A DNA stretch of 64,000 bases from Mytilus californianus. Taxonomy: Eukaryota. The first letter of the stretch is position 1. Each line of letters opens with the position of its first letter. Under the pieces are notes generated by a model. It did no database searches. It was not told where the DNA came from and saw only the letters and a program-made list of their open reading frames with translations. Of the stretch, positions 26,272 to 38,788 are shown in pieces. The stretch spans positions 77,190,001 to 77,254,000 of the forward strand of contig NW_026262581.1 of NCBI RefSeq assembly GCF_021869535.1, read 5' to 3'. Position numbers and translations under genes: made by a program.

Positions 26272-26817
26272 ATGCTTCTTTTTGTTATTTTAATGGGATG
26301 TAAAAGCGCTGAACGAAGCACATTTTATATGAAGCAAAGAAGTGCTCCATTCTAAAAATGTGTGCATCACAAATGCTTTTACAACCATATAAAATTCTGC
26401 AATTTTTCCATTTGTAAAGGGGCATAAGTCTAGAACGGTAAAAGTGACGCCACCAAAATTCAAACTTGATCTGTGTTTTGTAGTAATAAGCATAGTGTAT
26501 AAGATTCATAACATTTGGTTGAGGCAAACTTAAGTTAGAGAACGGGAAAGAAAAATTCAGCATTTTTTTATTTGTAAAGGGGCATAACTCTAGAAAGGTA
26601 AAAGTAATGCCACCCAAATTCAAAATTGATCTGTGTTTTGTGGTAATTAGCATTGTGAATAAGTTTCATAACATTTAGTTGAGGCAAACTAATGAAAGAG
26701 AATGGAAACCAATTTGTGACGTACGGACAGATGGACAGACGTACAGATGGAAGGGTAAAACTTAATGCCCCAAAGAAGCATTCAATTCTTATGTTATATT
26801 TTTATGCTGAACCATGA
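26272..26817 (+). mobile_element. Composite: palindromic MITE head plus HINE family C units, bounded by a ~19-bp inverted repeat
   Basis: taagaatgaatgcttcttt at 26272 is inverted as aaagaagcattcaattctta at ~26772. An internal hairpin at 26296-26388 (gtaaaagc...gcttttac) is followed by two ~160-bp units. Confidence 0.65.
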
Positions 26818-29604
26818 AATATTGGGATACCGGTAAATCTATTTTTCTTTTGTTATCCTATGCATTGTTGTAACATTGCCATTGGGAGAAAATGCAGTCA
26901 TGAATGTTGCATTTCATTAGGAAATATGATATAATTTTAGAATGCCTAGCAATTGTTGTCTGGCAATCAAAATTATGGATATTCATGAAACATCATTATA
27001 ATGTAATTATATAATCATCAAGGATAACAACATGTCCTGGTTAATCAAACATCACGATTAATGTCAAATCTGTCATCAATTAATATAAATGTAGTTCTTT
27101 GCAACTTCTATTCAAATAACCAAAACTTGCACAAGATGTCATGCAAAGTATACCCTACATTGTCATTGACAAAAACTCCCTGCCAAGTGCAAGAATGGAT
27201 ACAATAAAAACTCTACATTAAGTCAAATAGTGCCTTCATGTCAGATCTACACAGTACAACTCAACATTATAAAGTTCCAGACCAAATATCAAAGCAACCC
27301 TTAATGTAGAAGGGACAGACAGCAAGAGGATGGACAGACCAATGAAAGACAAAAGTTATTTCAGTATACCACCCAACCCGTGAGGGAGGTTATAAAATGA
27401 TTTCATTTGAAATAATGTGACGAATATTTAACTTTTTTTCTTTTACCTAAATATTTGTGTTTGATAATTTAAAGGGTAATCGAAAAAACATCTCTTGAAA
27501 ATGGATTTTTTTAAGTAGTTCAGGTCATGCAACAATAGACTTTTAAATGAATTTTGAAACAGAGTATAAAAATGACACTATATGAAGTAATAAAAGCAAT
27601 GTATAGACAGAAGAAAATCGTTTTCGTTGCATATAATGATGATATTGATAATTTTTGTGACGTCACTAGACTAAGATTGTGATGGTGTATTGATGATGAC
27701 TTCAGTCATTAATTATTTAAAGGGTTTTACATATATTACTAGCTGTGATAAGAATAAACCTATCAATAAACAGGCTGTGTGACAGACTCTGGGCTTAGTG
27801 AACAGTTATTGTTTAATGACTATTTATAAATGGCAGTCAGGTTCAATAGTGAAAGGAACTAGAGTGAACAGAAATTTGTTTTTGTAGCCTTCTGTTACCT
27901 GGTCTCCATTACAGCAACATTAACTGCAGCTTTGGACTTCAAAGTCTCTTCTGATTAAATATGACAATATTATACCATATCACTATTTCTAAATCGATCT
28001 TTTCTTTTATTACATTTATCATAGCTTATCCACTCACACAGTGTTACACAGCTTCTGTTTTATTGAAAGATTTGATATATGGTCTGGAACATTATAACAT
28101 TGAGATGTTCAATGCTAGTGATTTTTAGACCTGCCAAGCTGTCAATTCCTGTTTGACAATACTTTAAATTTTTATTGTACTCAATGAGCATGACATGAAA
28201 TAAAGTATGTGGGGTATACTTTGCATGTAATTGCATGTAACTTCTTGGTGGATATCTGATAATTGACTTATTATGAGTAGTTAATTCCTTGTTCACAATG
28301 TTCAAATGAACTTAACCTTTTAAAATACAATTTTATAAAAAGACCTTCATTTGTTCAAGGAAGGCAATTTACAAAAATAGAAAAATATTCCTCTGGACTT
28401 CAATACCTGTAGCGTAAAATATATGATGTCGTATCTGATTGAGTACTATTTTAGATTTATAGTAAACAGTGCTTTGCTATAGAAATAACCGAGAAGCACT
28501 CCTGCCATATTTCATTATTTAAACTGCCAAATTAAACAAAGAAAATAAGATTACATCAAGGTGAATCGTTGATTCAATTTGCTTTAAAAGCCTTGTTGAA
28601 TAATTACAAATCTGAGCTGATGAAGACTAGGAACACATATTGATTCTACCTTACGTTTTTCACACAACAGCAACTTAATTTTCAGCTGATCGAACCATCA
28701 GTTACAATATGATTAACAAACTGGATACAGATCTAACACGATTGCTTCTCATCGAACAGATATTAATTGATACTGAATATTGTTAATGTCGGGACTGCCA
28801 TCTCTCTCCCGCTGTTGTTTTGGAAGCAGACATTAGAATTTTTTCATTCGTTACTTCAATTGATTGACATTTTATTTCTGGATGCATTTCTATTGATTTG
28901 TGTTTTACATATATACCGTGCAGATTTTCCAAGTTTCATGTTGTTACGGGGAATTTCCATCAATAATGTTAATGTGTTAGTTAATGTGGTAAAGATTTGA
29001 ATATGCTACAATACATTTGACGTGAGGGATCCTCCCTAGAGCAATCCAACTCAAAATAAGATCAAATTCTATTATATTCAAAGTACTTTCAATTTTCTGT
29101 CTATCAAGGGAAAGAATTAAAAATATATGGCAACAATTTTCAACATGGAAAAGCAATCTCCTTTCTAGTGTCAGTTTGAGTGTAATAATGATTAAGAAAG
29201 TTGTGAATATAGTTTTAATGGCACTAAAGTTCTTTATTTTTGGAGTCTGTTGGATTCAAGAGTTTCTGGTTGGAACAGTACATATGCACTTTTATTTCTC
29301 TGTCAGATGTACATTGCAGACTAAACTGTATACAATGTAAACAACTTCGTAAACCTTAATAATATTCTTTTCACAATTTTCCCCCCCTTCATTTCAGCAA
29401 AATAGTAAATTTCTTTCTATGAAGACTTGTTCTGTCAATTACTTGCATGGCTACAAAAACATGGAAACCAGTGATGGATGTAGGAAATTCATTAAAAGAT
29501 TAAGGTGGTCAGCATATCAAAATGTAGAATATATTCTTATAGTTTTAAGTTTACAAGAGTTCATCTTGTTGAAATGAACGACTGACCGGTGCAGATGTAC
29601 TTAC

Positions 29605-29802
29605 CATCTCCTCCGTCATCTCCTGCAGGATAAAATGATAAACCTATAGTAACTAATGCAGCAATTAATAAAATAATTAAAGTCACATCCTGAAGTGCTT
29701 CCCACACTAACTGTAAAAATGTCTTTGGAGGTTTAGGTGGTATAACATTAGAACCAAAACACTTTATTCTATCTTCTAAATCAGCTGGTGCTCCTGATAA
29801 TC
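29605..29802 (-). CDS. PMCA: PMCA coding exon 2 (includes TM1)
   Basis: ttgtttgttttcag|GATTATCA...GGAGATG|gtaagt; (G)[65 protein letters not shown]; 198 nt. Confidence 0.97.
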
Positions 29803-32324
29803 CTGAAAACAAACAAACAAATATTTAAAATATGTATATTCAAAGATTCAGTTATGTAAAACAAGAATATGTGTTTATAGACACCATACCCTGTTCACAT
29901 AATCATGTTTCCATGTTGAGTGATCCCTTATTCTGGGTCAAAACCCTAGTTTGCCATGTAATCTATAAAGTTAACATTATAGTGAATATGTGCACATACT
30001 TTCAAGTTGATGTTGCAACTACCTCAGACCAAAACTTTAACCTACCTTATACCAAATCTTTAATCTGTTCAGTGATTGGTGAAATCTAGGTCAAAACATT
30101 GCTTTTGCATATATTGTAAGAACTTCACATCATAATGAACATGAATACTAAGTTTCAAGAAGACATGACCTCAACTTCATGGTAAACTATATTAAAACCA
30201 AACTTTAACCAGATATCAAAAGGGTGGACAGCTTGACATACTGGAAAACACAATCATAAGTAGGCATAAAAAGTGAAAAGAGTGATGTTTAAAATGAGGA
30301 TCTCTGCCAACTGAAGGCTGGTAGACAAGACCTTTTTAGGACACTGGGCTGTTCGCTTACTCTGGGATTTCATGTGGAAATTAAAATAAAAATCAAGGAA
30401 TTGTATATTCTAAACTGAAGATTTCTTCAATTTTGTATTTACTCTTATGATAAAGTTATTTCCTAAAAGGATAATTATACTATAAAAGGGAAGCAACTCT
30501 TACAAAACTTATCAAATAAAAAGACACATTGATGAATCATAAAATTAACAAACTATTAATCTAACATTAATCTACAATATGACACTCTATAAAGAATAAA
30601 TACCTATTAATTTCCCCATTAATAAAACATGCACATTGTATTATGCTTTTAAAATATCAATCTGATAATTAATCTGATTAACGTGACTATATTACTATGG
30701 TGAGAGGGCGAGAAATGTCATATCGTATTTTTCCACCATCCAAAGTCCATTAATCAAGCAATGGAATTAACCCTGGTTTATAACAATTCAAAATTGATGT
30801 CCTGCAATTCAACCAAGTGTAAACTAAGACTTTCTTGATGGGAAAAGTAGGAAACATTTTGATGTAAATGAAGTGATTTATTCTGTGGAATCCTCAACTT
30901 CCCTCCCTTGAGATCGCAGATTTTTTTCATTGTGACATAAAAATCAATAGCCATGATTAGCCTGACAATAATTGTCTGAAGAAACTGTTATAAATATATC
31001 ACACAGAACTAAAATCAGATCTACAAGCTATTTAAAAGTAGTGCGACAGACTTCCACAAAAAGACTAAAGTAGTCATTCAAATATGAATAATGGCATTGT
31101 TATATAATTATATACTAGGAACTGATTTAATATATGTAGGCTTAATACAACTTGAGAAAGCATCAGCAGCCTATAAGATTTACATATGAAACAGATTCAT
31201 CTTTTAGCTAGCTACATTAGTTGATATAAGGATTATTCTGCCAGTTTTAATACACCTAGATTTTTTTTCATGAATTGCCTTGTCCTAAAAAAAAAAAAAA
31301 AAAATTCTGAAGGACATTTAACTGTCTTGAAGTTGCGAAAATAAGTTGGTTTACATTCAGTAACACTTTTGAAGGACATTTTTATTTAGGAGATAACAGA
31401 TTGTATTTGAAGATTTGTGGGCATCAATTGGCAATTTGATGGTGGGAAATTGAGTATACTGGCCACACTGCAAACTGGCAAATCTTCAAACACAGCACTT
31501 TTATCACAACTGAATGAAAACACCAAGCAAACATTTTAAAATCAGTTAAAAATTGTCTGGGCTGGCATATAAAATTTTAGACCATCAATTATAGAATTAA
31601 TGCCCTTCTATTTGTGGCATCATTCAATCCAAATCACAATGAACATCACAGTCAGTGTTGCATTAGAAATTCGGTTTAACTTTACAATCTAACACAGTAA
31701 CAAAGTACATTGGAAGAACATTCAAGTATTAAAGATATTCTTGTGTGAATAAAAGAGGGGAGGTGGTGTGCATCAATAAAATAGCAACCCACCAAAACCA
31801 AACAAAAAACAAAAAAAGAGAATGCCCTTAATATTCTGTATGAATTTTTATCTTTGTAAGTATAAATCATATGATATCCAAATATAATGAAATGAAGTTT
31901 GAATCATGGAGTATTTATTCCAATATTGATTTTCTGTCTTATAACAGGGAACTTCAAACCTTTCCTTATCTAATCAAACTGGCATTGCACATTCTCAACA
32001 GTCAAATCATTCAAACTCGATTAGAATTTTGTCATCAACATCATTAAGGCATAGCATATGACCTACATATAACTTGATTCTAATAAGCAGCAATGTTCCC
32101 AAGCATACTAAGAAGCCACTTTAACAAATGAAATATAACACAGAAAACTAGGTGTAAAGAGATGACATGAATACCCCTACTTCCAGAATCATTAAGAATT
32201 TCATATTTAAATAAAGACATGCTGAATGAACAACAAAAAAATCATTATACACAAATAAACCCAGTACAACCACAATGAAATTTTCTAATTCCAGCTGGCA
32301 AGGGCTGAAATTCTATGAAAAAGA

Positions 32325-33068
32325 GGCGAAAGATAACAAAGGGACATTCAAACTCATAATTTGAAAATAAACTGACAACGCCATGACTAAAAAAGAAAAA
32401 GACCAACAGAAAAATAACAGTACACAAAACACAACATAGAAAACTAAAGACTAAGTAACACAAACCCTACCAAAAACTAGGGGTGACCTCTGGTGCCCGG
32501 AAGGGTAAGCAGATCCTGCTTCACATGTGGCAACCTTTTGTGTTTCTCATGTAAGTACAAACCCGGTGACAAGTCTAATTCGGTAGGTCACATTCGGGGG
32601 AAAAGGAACAGGATTGTAATTACGACAATTGGAACATATCCGTTGTCATGTGTGAAACATATATTCCATAACAGTCAACCAACTCGTGATGGCATCTGTA
32701 AAATTTACGAAGGGATGATTTCAACTTCACCACTTGGAACTCTTGGTTTAATAGCTTCCTTGTGAGCAGCAACCCTCTATCAAGGAAATCATGATACTTT
32801 TTGATAGGAAATACCAGCCCTGGAATATCCTATCAAGTGGGAGATGTATACTCTGTATGCAGGCATATTTTGCTATGTATAAGAAATGGAAAGTTCACAA
32901 TTGGGAAGCTAAAATCATCTCTTTTGTCGTAAAGTTTTGTTGTCAACCGACCCTCATTGTCAATTTCTAGATGTAAGTCAAGATATGAGGCAGACTTAAC
33001 TGTATTTGTTGCATCCTTAATCTCAAGTTCGATGGGATTGATGCATTCAACATAGTCACCAAATTTTG
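32325..33068 (-). mobile_element. 5'-truncated, frameshifted Penelope-like retroelement (RT C-terminus and 3'UTR)
   Basis: Minus-strand translation SKFGDYVECINPIELEIKDATNTVKSASYLDLHLEIDNEGRLTTKLYDKRDDFSFPIVNFPFL / PAYRVYISHLIGYSRAGISY / HDFLDRGLLLTRKLLNQEF...KFYRCHHELV...QLS*. This matches the PLE reverse-transcriptase end motifs as I recall them. Confidence 0.85.
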
Positions 33069-33392
33069 AACAGGTAAAACTGTGAGCTACTGCTCACTGA
33101 TGATACCCCCGCCGTAATATTTCGGTAAACAGGAAGTTGTTTCTGAAAACGCATCATACGGTAGTGCTGACTTATATAAACCCTGAAACCAAATTTCAGA
33201 AATCCTTGTCAAGCAGTTCCTGAGAAAAATATGACAAACATTTTCAACTTGGCTATCATGTGTAAAATAATACAAGTGTTCGGTAAACAGGAAGTTGTTG
33301 AGTGATGAATCTGAAAACGCATCACATGGTGTAACTTACTTATATAAACCCTGAAACCAAATTTCAGAAATCCTTGTCAAGAAGTTCCTGAG
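33069..33392 (+). mobile_element. HINE 5' fragment abutting the Penelope-like fragment
   Basis: aaactgtgagctactgctcactgatgatacccccgc start; duplicated ~160-bp unit (ggtaaacaggaagttg...aaaccctgaaaccaaatttcagaaatccttg). A separate family-C 3' end lies at 33661-33715. Confidence 0.6.
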
Positions 33393-33929
33393 ACTTAGAT
33401 CTGTAATTATTTACAGGCATAACGTAATATCATCCAGACGACGGTTGGATTTCAGAATGATTGTGGATATAACAGATTCAGAATGTCAGAAAATGGACAC
33501 AGAGTGGCATTCCATGAAAATAAAGTAATCTTAAATGAACCACAACTTTTATCTGCAAACTTATCATTCATTATAAAAGAAAGAGACAAAAATCAACAAA
33601 AGGTAAACTCAATCTTTAACAAACTTTTGTACACTTCTAATCCAAAAGTCAACTCAATATAACAGAAACAAGGGTAAAACTTAATGCCCCCTCCGCTACG
33701 GTGGGGGCATAAAAATCCAGACAACTTATAGATCTGGGAATCATGGAAGGACAAACAATAAACAGCTTCTATTCCACACACCAATATTGCAGCTTTTTCA
33801 AATAGCAATAATAATTCATGATTTGTGGATGCTTTATATTATATATTATATTGCATATATTTTAGGGTCAGTAACTTTTAAATGTCATGTGAATACTCCT
33901 AGTAGACATACCATGATGTAGATTTTTAT

Positions 33930-34170
33930 CTTTCTATCTTACAAGGTAATTGTCCAGAGGAAGACATGTCATCCTACCCAGACACATTATTGTGAAATAA
34001 AGCTGAAATGTTTCCCCACTTTTGATCCTACTCCTGAATTTTTATGTGCTAACAACTTAACCAGGGAAGCAGCAAATAACAATTTCACAGTCTTTTGTAG
34101 ATTGATTTCGGAATGAACTCATGACCTCAGTCATAATTCAAATGTTGATGCTCAATGGTGACATGCCATC
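33930..34170 (-). mobile_element. Degenerate tRNA-derived SINE (Meta-type by recollection)
   Basis: gacacattat...gaagcagcaaataacaatttcacagtctttt...gaactcatgacc resembles an abundant bivalve SINE read in reverse. Confidence 0.4.
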
Positions 34171-34270
34171 ATTTCAAGACAAGCTACAGCAATAAGAAAT
34201 ATTCTCTAATTAAATCTGCAATATTTACACATTACTCTTAATTCTCCATACATATTTAATGTATTCTCAC

Positions 34271-34454
34271 CTTCATTAGGTGAAGTAAATAATAAATTAC
34301 AGATTTCTATAACACTGCCATATTTGCTTTGTATATGTTCTACAGCTTCTAATCCTTTTTGTTCGTTAATTGTTCGTAGATCTGGTATGCTTATTCCATA
34401 ATTTCCATCTCTACAACGAGATGGACCAAGGCCATCCTGCTCATCACCTGCCAT
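34271..34454 (-). CDS. PMCA: PMCA first coding exon (exon extends to 34483 with 29 nt of 5'UTR)
   Basis: Acceptor ttttctattttcag before 34483; ATG at 34454 with an in-frame TAA upstream; MAGDEQDG...YGSVIEICNLLFTSPNE(G); donor GAAG|gtgaga. Confidence 0.9.
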
Positions 34455-34634
34455 AATTCTGATTATGTCTTCAGCTTATTTGTCTGAAAATAGAAAAAGG
34501 TAAAATTTAAGATGAGATCAACCATGATTTATCACAGTATTCATCAGAATACAATAATTATGCAGTATTCTTGCAGTATAGCTTCAAATTTTGGATCTTA
34601 TGAAAATTTAGTACTTTTAACAGCTTTTAAAATA

Positions 34635-34834
34635 CTGTAAATTCAAAAATTATTGTGGACATTATTATTATTGCTATTGTTAGACAATTAACATCAATAG
34701 GAGTTTAAATATTGTGATTTCAGGAAATGCTAAATACAAATAATGCTATCACAAGTTAAAAGTTTTTATTTTTGCCATATCTTTTTACAAGTTTCACAAT
34801 GATAAAAACATGGCAAAACTTTCAGAATTAACAG
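34635..34834. mobile_element. Degenerate MITE with TA flanks
   Basis: TA|CTGTAAATTC ... GAATTAACAG|TA, about 200 bp. Confidence 0.55.
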
Positions 34835-35080
34835 TATATGCTTTATACTAACTTGGGGCTCTTGCATGACTGCTTGGTGTCTTTAGCAATATTAAATGCA
34901 TATATACCATTTTTCTTGCAAAATCCATGCTTTTAATTTGATATATTGCATTTGCATATTATGAAACTATATTCCATGTATAGTCTTGTGGGATTTGAAA
35001 CCAGAACTGGAAGTTGCTTCTTTCGATATAAATAATATCAATCTAAAGCAATGGATTTGTCATATAACTTGCATCATTAC

Positions 35081-36730
35081 AATAAAATGCTCCGCAGGGC
35101 GCAGCTTGATACGACCGCAGAGGTCGAACCCTGAACAGTTGGGGCAAGTATGGACACAACATTCAAGCTTGATACAGCTTTGCATTTGGATTGTGATTAA
35201 ATATTTGACACAGCATAGGTTTCTGACACAGAATGAATGTGGTCTAAGAACTTAAAAATTTTAAATTGGACATTCACCTATTATGGTCCAATATCCAAAA
35301 TCTAAATACATGGTTAGATTCAGCATATCAAAGAACCCCAATAATTCAATTTTTGATGAAATCAAACAAAAGTTTAATTTTGGACCCCGATTTGGAACAA
35401 CTTGAAAACTGGGCCCATAATCAAAAATCTAAATACATGTTTAGATTCAGCATATCAAAGAACCCCAATAATTCAATTTTTGATGAAATCAAACAAAGTT
35501 TAATTTTGGACCCTTTGGACCTCAATGTGGACCAATTTAAAAACGGGGCCCAAAATCCAAAAACTAAATACACGGTTAGATTCAGCATATTAAAGAACCC
35601 CAAGAATTCAAGAATAAAACCCCATTGAAATTAGTCAAGAAATAAGCAATTTATATGAAGTATCTTCTTTTGCACAATACTGTGCAATTAAATATTTCTT
35701 GCTATTGCGCAATACTGTACAATTGACAATTTCTTGCTATTGCGCAATATTGTGCTATTGGATATTTCTTGCTATTGCGCAATACTGTGCAATTGAAGAT
35801 TTCTTGCTATTGCGCAATACTGTGCAATTGAAGATTTCTTGCTATTGTGCAATACTGTGCAATGAAAATTTCTTGCTATTGCACAATACTTATTATATAA
35901 TAATTTACACATCCTGTTTGGTGTGTATCTCCTACCATATCATTATCATTTGCTTTTAAATATAAATCAGAAATAACCAACTTAAAATGGAAAATTTTAA
36001 AAGAAAAGAAAAAGGAAAAAAAAAAAATCCCCCCCCAAATTTTTTGAACCCCCTTATGATTCATCACCCCCAAACTCAATCTCAGCCTTCCCTTTGTGGT
36101 ATGGTACCTTGCAGTACAATTTCAGAGAGATCCATACACTTGAACACAAGTTATTGTCTGGAAACTAGAAAAATGTGTTTTTTGGCCCCTTTTTGGCCCC
36201 AAATTCCTAAACATTTAGGGCAATTACCCCAAAACTCAAACCCAGCTTTCCCTTTGTGATATGGAACCTTGTAGTACAATTTCAGAAAGATCCATAGACT
36301 TACACACAAGTTATTGTCATGAAACTAGAAAAATGCTTGTTTTTTGCCCCTTTTTTGGCCCCTAATTCCTAAAATTTTGAGGCAATTACCCCCAAAATCA
36401 ATCCCAGCATTCCTTTTGTGATATGGAACCTTGTGGTACAATGTCAGAGAGATCCATACACTAACACACAAGTTATGTCTGGAAGTTACAAAAATGCTTA
36501 TTTTTGGCCTCTTTTTGGCCCCTAATTCCTTTACTGTTGGTAACATAACCCCCAAAATCAATTCCAACCTTCCTTTTGTGGTATTGAACCTTGTGGTAAA
36601 ATTTCATAGAGATCCATTAACTTAAACTAAAGTTAGAGTGCGAAAACCAATGTGTCTTCGGACGACGACGATGACGCCAACGTCATACCAATATACGACC
36701 ACAAAAATTTTTTAGCGGTCGTATAAAAAT
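35081..36730 (+). mobile_element. HINE family A, copy 2
   Basis: Same termini (aataaaatgctccgcagggcgcagc... ggtcgtataaaaat) and internal modules as 8406-10281, with two fewer ~130-bp units. Confidence 0.85.
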
Positions 36731-36904
36731 CAGCAAATATACAACATTAAGCAAACAGGGCCTTAGATGTAGTGGTTATCATGCACTCTCAGAATTATTT
36801 GTTTAACACTATCGACTGTGTCTTGAGTGAAAATCAACAATTACATCCTCCAAAAGCAAGGGGTTTCGGCTTCAATCTTAATATTGACTAGGATTGCCAG
36901 TTTT

Positions 36905-37365
36905 CTATAAACCATAAAAGTTTTGGCTCTATCAACTGCACTATTGCAATACTCTGTCTAAGCAATGCTATACTTTGGTAATTATTGGTTGTTTAGTGAA
37001 AGCTTCAAATGTTTGAAACATGCTCACACCGGGTATCCCAATCCGAAAATGCGGAGGGATTCGAAACCCGATGAGCAATAAATGAAAAATGTGTAAAGGT
37101 GGGTAAGTAAAAATGGATCCAATTAACATGGAAGAATAATGCTCCGTGGGAATCAGATCCAGATTTTACTTACCAACACTTTGCTCATCAATTAGTCCTC
37201 GGGATTTAGTTTCCTCCGCAGATTTGAATCGGGATACCTGGTGTGAGCATGTTTCAAACATTTGGAGCTTTCAGTAAATAACCAATAATTATCAAAGTAT
37301 CGCTTTGCTTAGACAGAGTATTGCTATAGTGCAGTTGATAGAGCCAAAACTTTTAAAGTTTATAG
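36905..37365. mobile_element. 461-bp fold-back (palindromic MITE-like) element
   Basis: ctataaaccataaaagttttggctctatcaactgcac... pairs with ...gtgcagttgatagagccaaaacttttaaagtttatag. About 150 bp of highly similar arms; pairing continues imperfectly toward the centre. Confidence 0.85.
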
Positions 37366-38194
37366 CTCATAAAAAGTCAATAAATATGGAATATTCTCTG
37401 AACAACAATGGTGAAGTTTGCATAGGAATGTCCTGTAATACAACAAACTAAAGACATAATTAAAATACACCTGTTGAGATGCACAAGTATTTTAAAGCTT
37501 ATGAAGTTCATATCTAAGTATATAAAAATAAGAAGATGTGGTATGATTGCCAATGGGACAACTATCCACTAGACCAAATGACGTCGGTTTAGTCTGAAAA
37601 TAAATGTCATAACCATATACATCTTGCCCCTAGTAATATACAGTTTTGATAATTGGTCTAATTTCTCTAGTCTTTTTTTATGCAACTGATTGAGAAGATC
37701 AAAAGCTGACTAACACCAAAAGCTACAATATGCACTGAGATAACTGGAACCCCATCATCCATGATATTCTTCATATGAATGTTTTGTTGTATTTAATGTC
37801 AAAGCAAGCATCCGTCTGTAGACATAATAAATAATATTTTGATTATTTGTAAACCTGACTCATGTTTGGATAAATAACAATGACAATTCTTCACAAAGTA
37901 TTTGAATTAGTTTAACAGTTAAAGCAGATGTATCAACCAATATGCAATTATAAACGGTACACCCTTCAATTTTTTTTTTGACAGAAGTCTGTCAAGTTCC
38001 TAATGAAAATGCACACAAAGATTTCTCTGTTAGGTCTACCTACATGAACCTAACACAAGTAACTGGGTCATCATGGTCATAGAAATGAATGTCATCATTT
38101 ACAATTAATGTACAATTAAAACATTGAATATTATAATTGCAGTGTAATACAATGTATGGGAAAAAGAGTAGTATCTTATTTTCCTGGAATTAGG

Positions 38195-38573
38195 TTGGGT
38201 CTCAACATGGGATTTTGGGTACAGTTGTGCAGCTTGGATTTAAAAAACACCCCCCATTCATATATTGAATAATTGTGAAATCCCTACCTATTCATATATT
38301 TCACAGTGAAATCATAAACCATTCATATATTTATCAGCTCAAATAGTACCTATATGCAATTTTAATGATAATCAGTTTGGGAAATTCAGTGAACATCGTT
38401 GCACAACAAACTGAAAAATTATGACCCATTGATATATCACAATTGGTCAATTACTACCTATTGATATATTTCCTCGGTAAAACTGCACCCCATTGATATA
38501 TTTGACTTATCAAAAAAGGGACCCATTCCAGCGGCACATATGTATATACCTTCATATAGGAAGAGACCCCCCA
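38195..38573. mobile_element. Probable non-autonomous DNA element with internal acccatt(c/g)atatatt repeats
   Basis: gggtctc...gagacccccc partial terminal inversion; about six degenerate internal repeats. Confidence 0.4.
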
Positions 38574-38581
38574 TGTGTATA

Positions 38582-38788
38582 TTGTGGATTCATTATTATT
38601 CAATGGATACTAATTTTGGTGGATTTCGTTGGTACAGGTGAACCACGAAATTAAATGTTCAATGAATGACAAATTTTCTATAGGCTTGTCTGCAAACTTT
38701 GGCAAAACCATGAAATTAAATATCCACGAATATGTAAGATTGCCTTAATCCACAAAAATTGGACCCATGAAAACAAATGAATCCACAG
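38582..38788. mobile_element. MITE, same family as 21396-21602
   Basis: TA|ttgtggattcatt ... aatgaatccacag|TA with a colinear interior. Confidence 0.8.

Larger units (their letters stand above)
859..34483 (-). other. PMCA: Plasma-membrane calcium-transporting ATPase gene (PMCA/ATP2B family), 5' portion; continues beyond the left edge of the window
   Basis: Six exons assembled by hand, all with AG/GT boundaries and phase-1 introns. Internal exon lengths 198, 231, 126, 165 and 186 are multiples of 3. The translation carries PMCA-typical motifs: [100 protein letters not shown]. Confidence 0.97.

Noticed and set aside
33098-33160. CTGATGA as a hammerhead ribozyme core next to the Penelope-like fragment
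   Set aside because: I could not build stems I-III with a correctly placed GAAA; the motif lies in the 5' end of a HINE.
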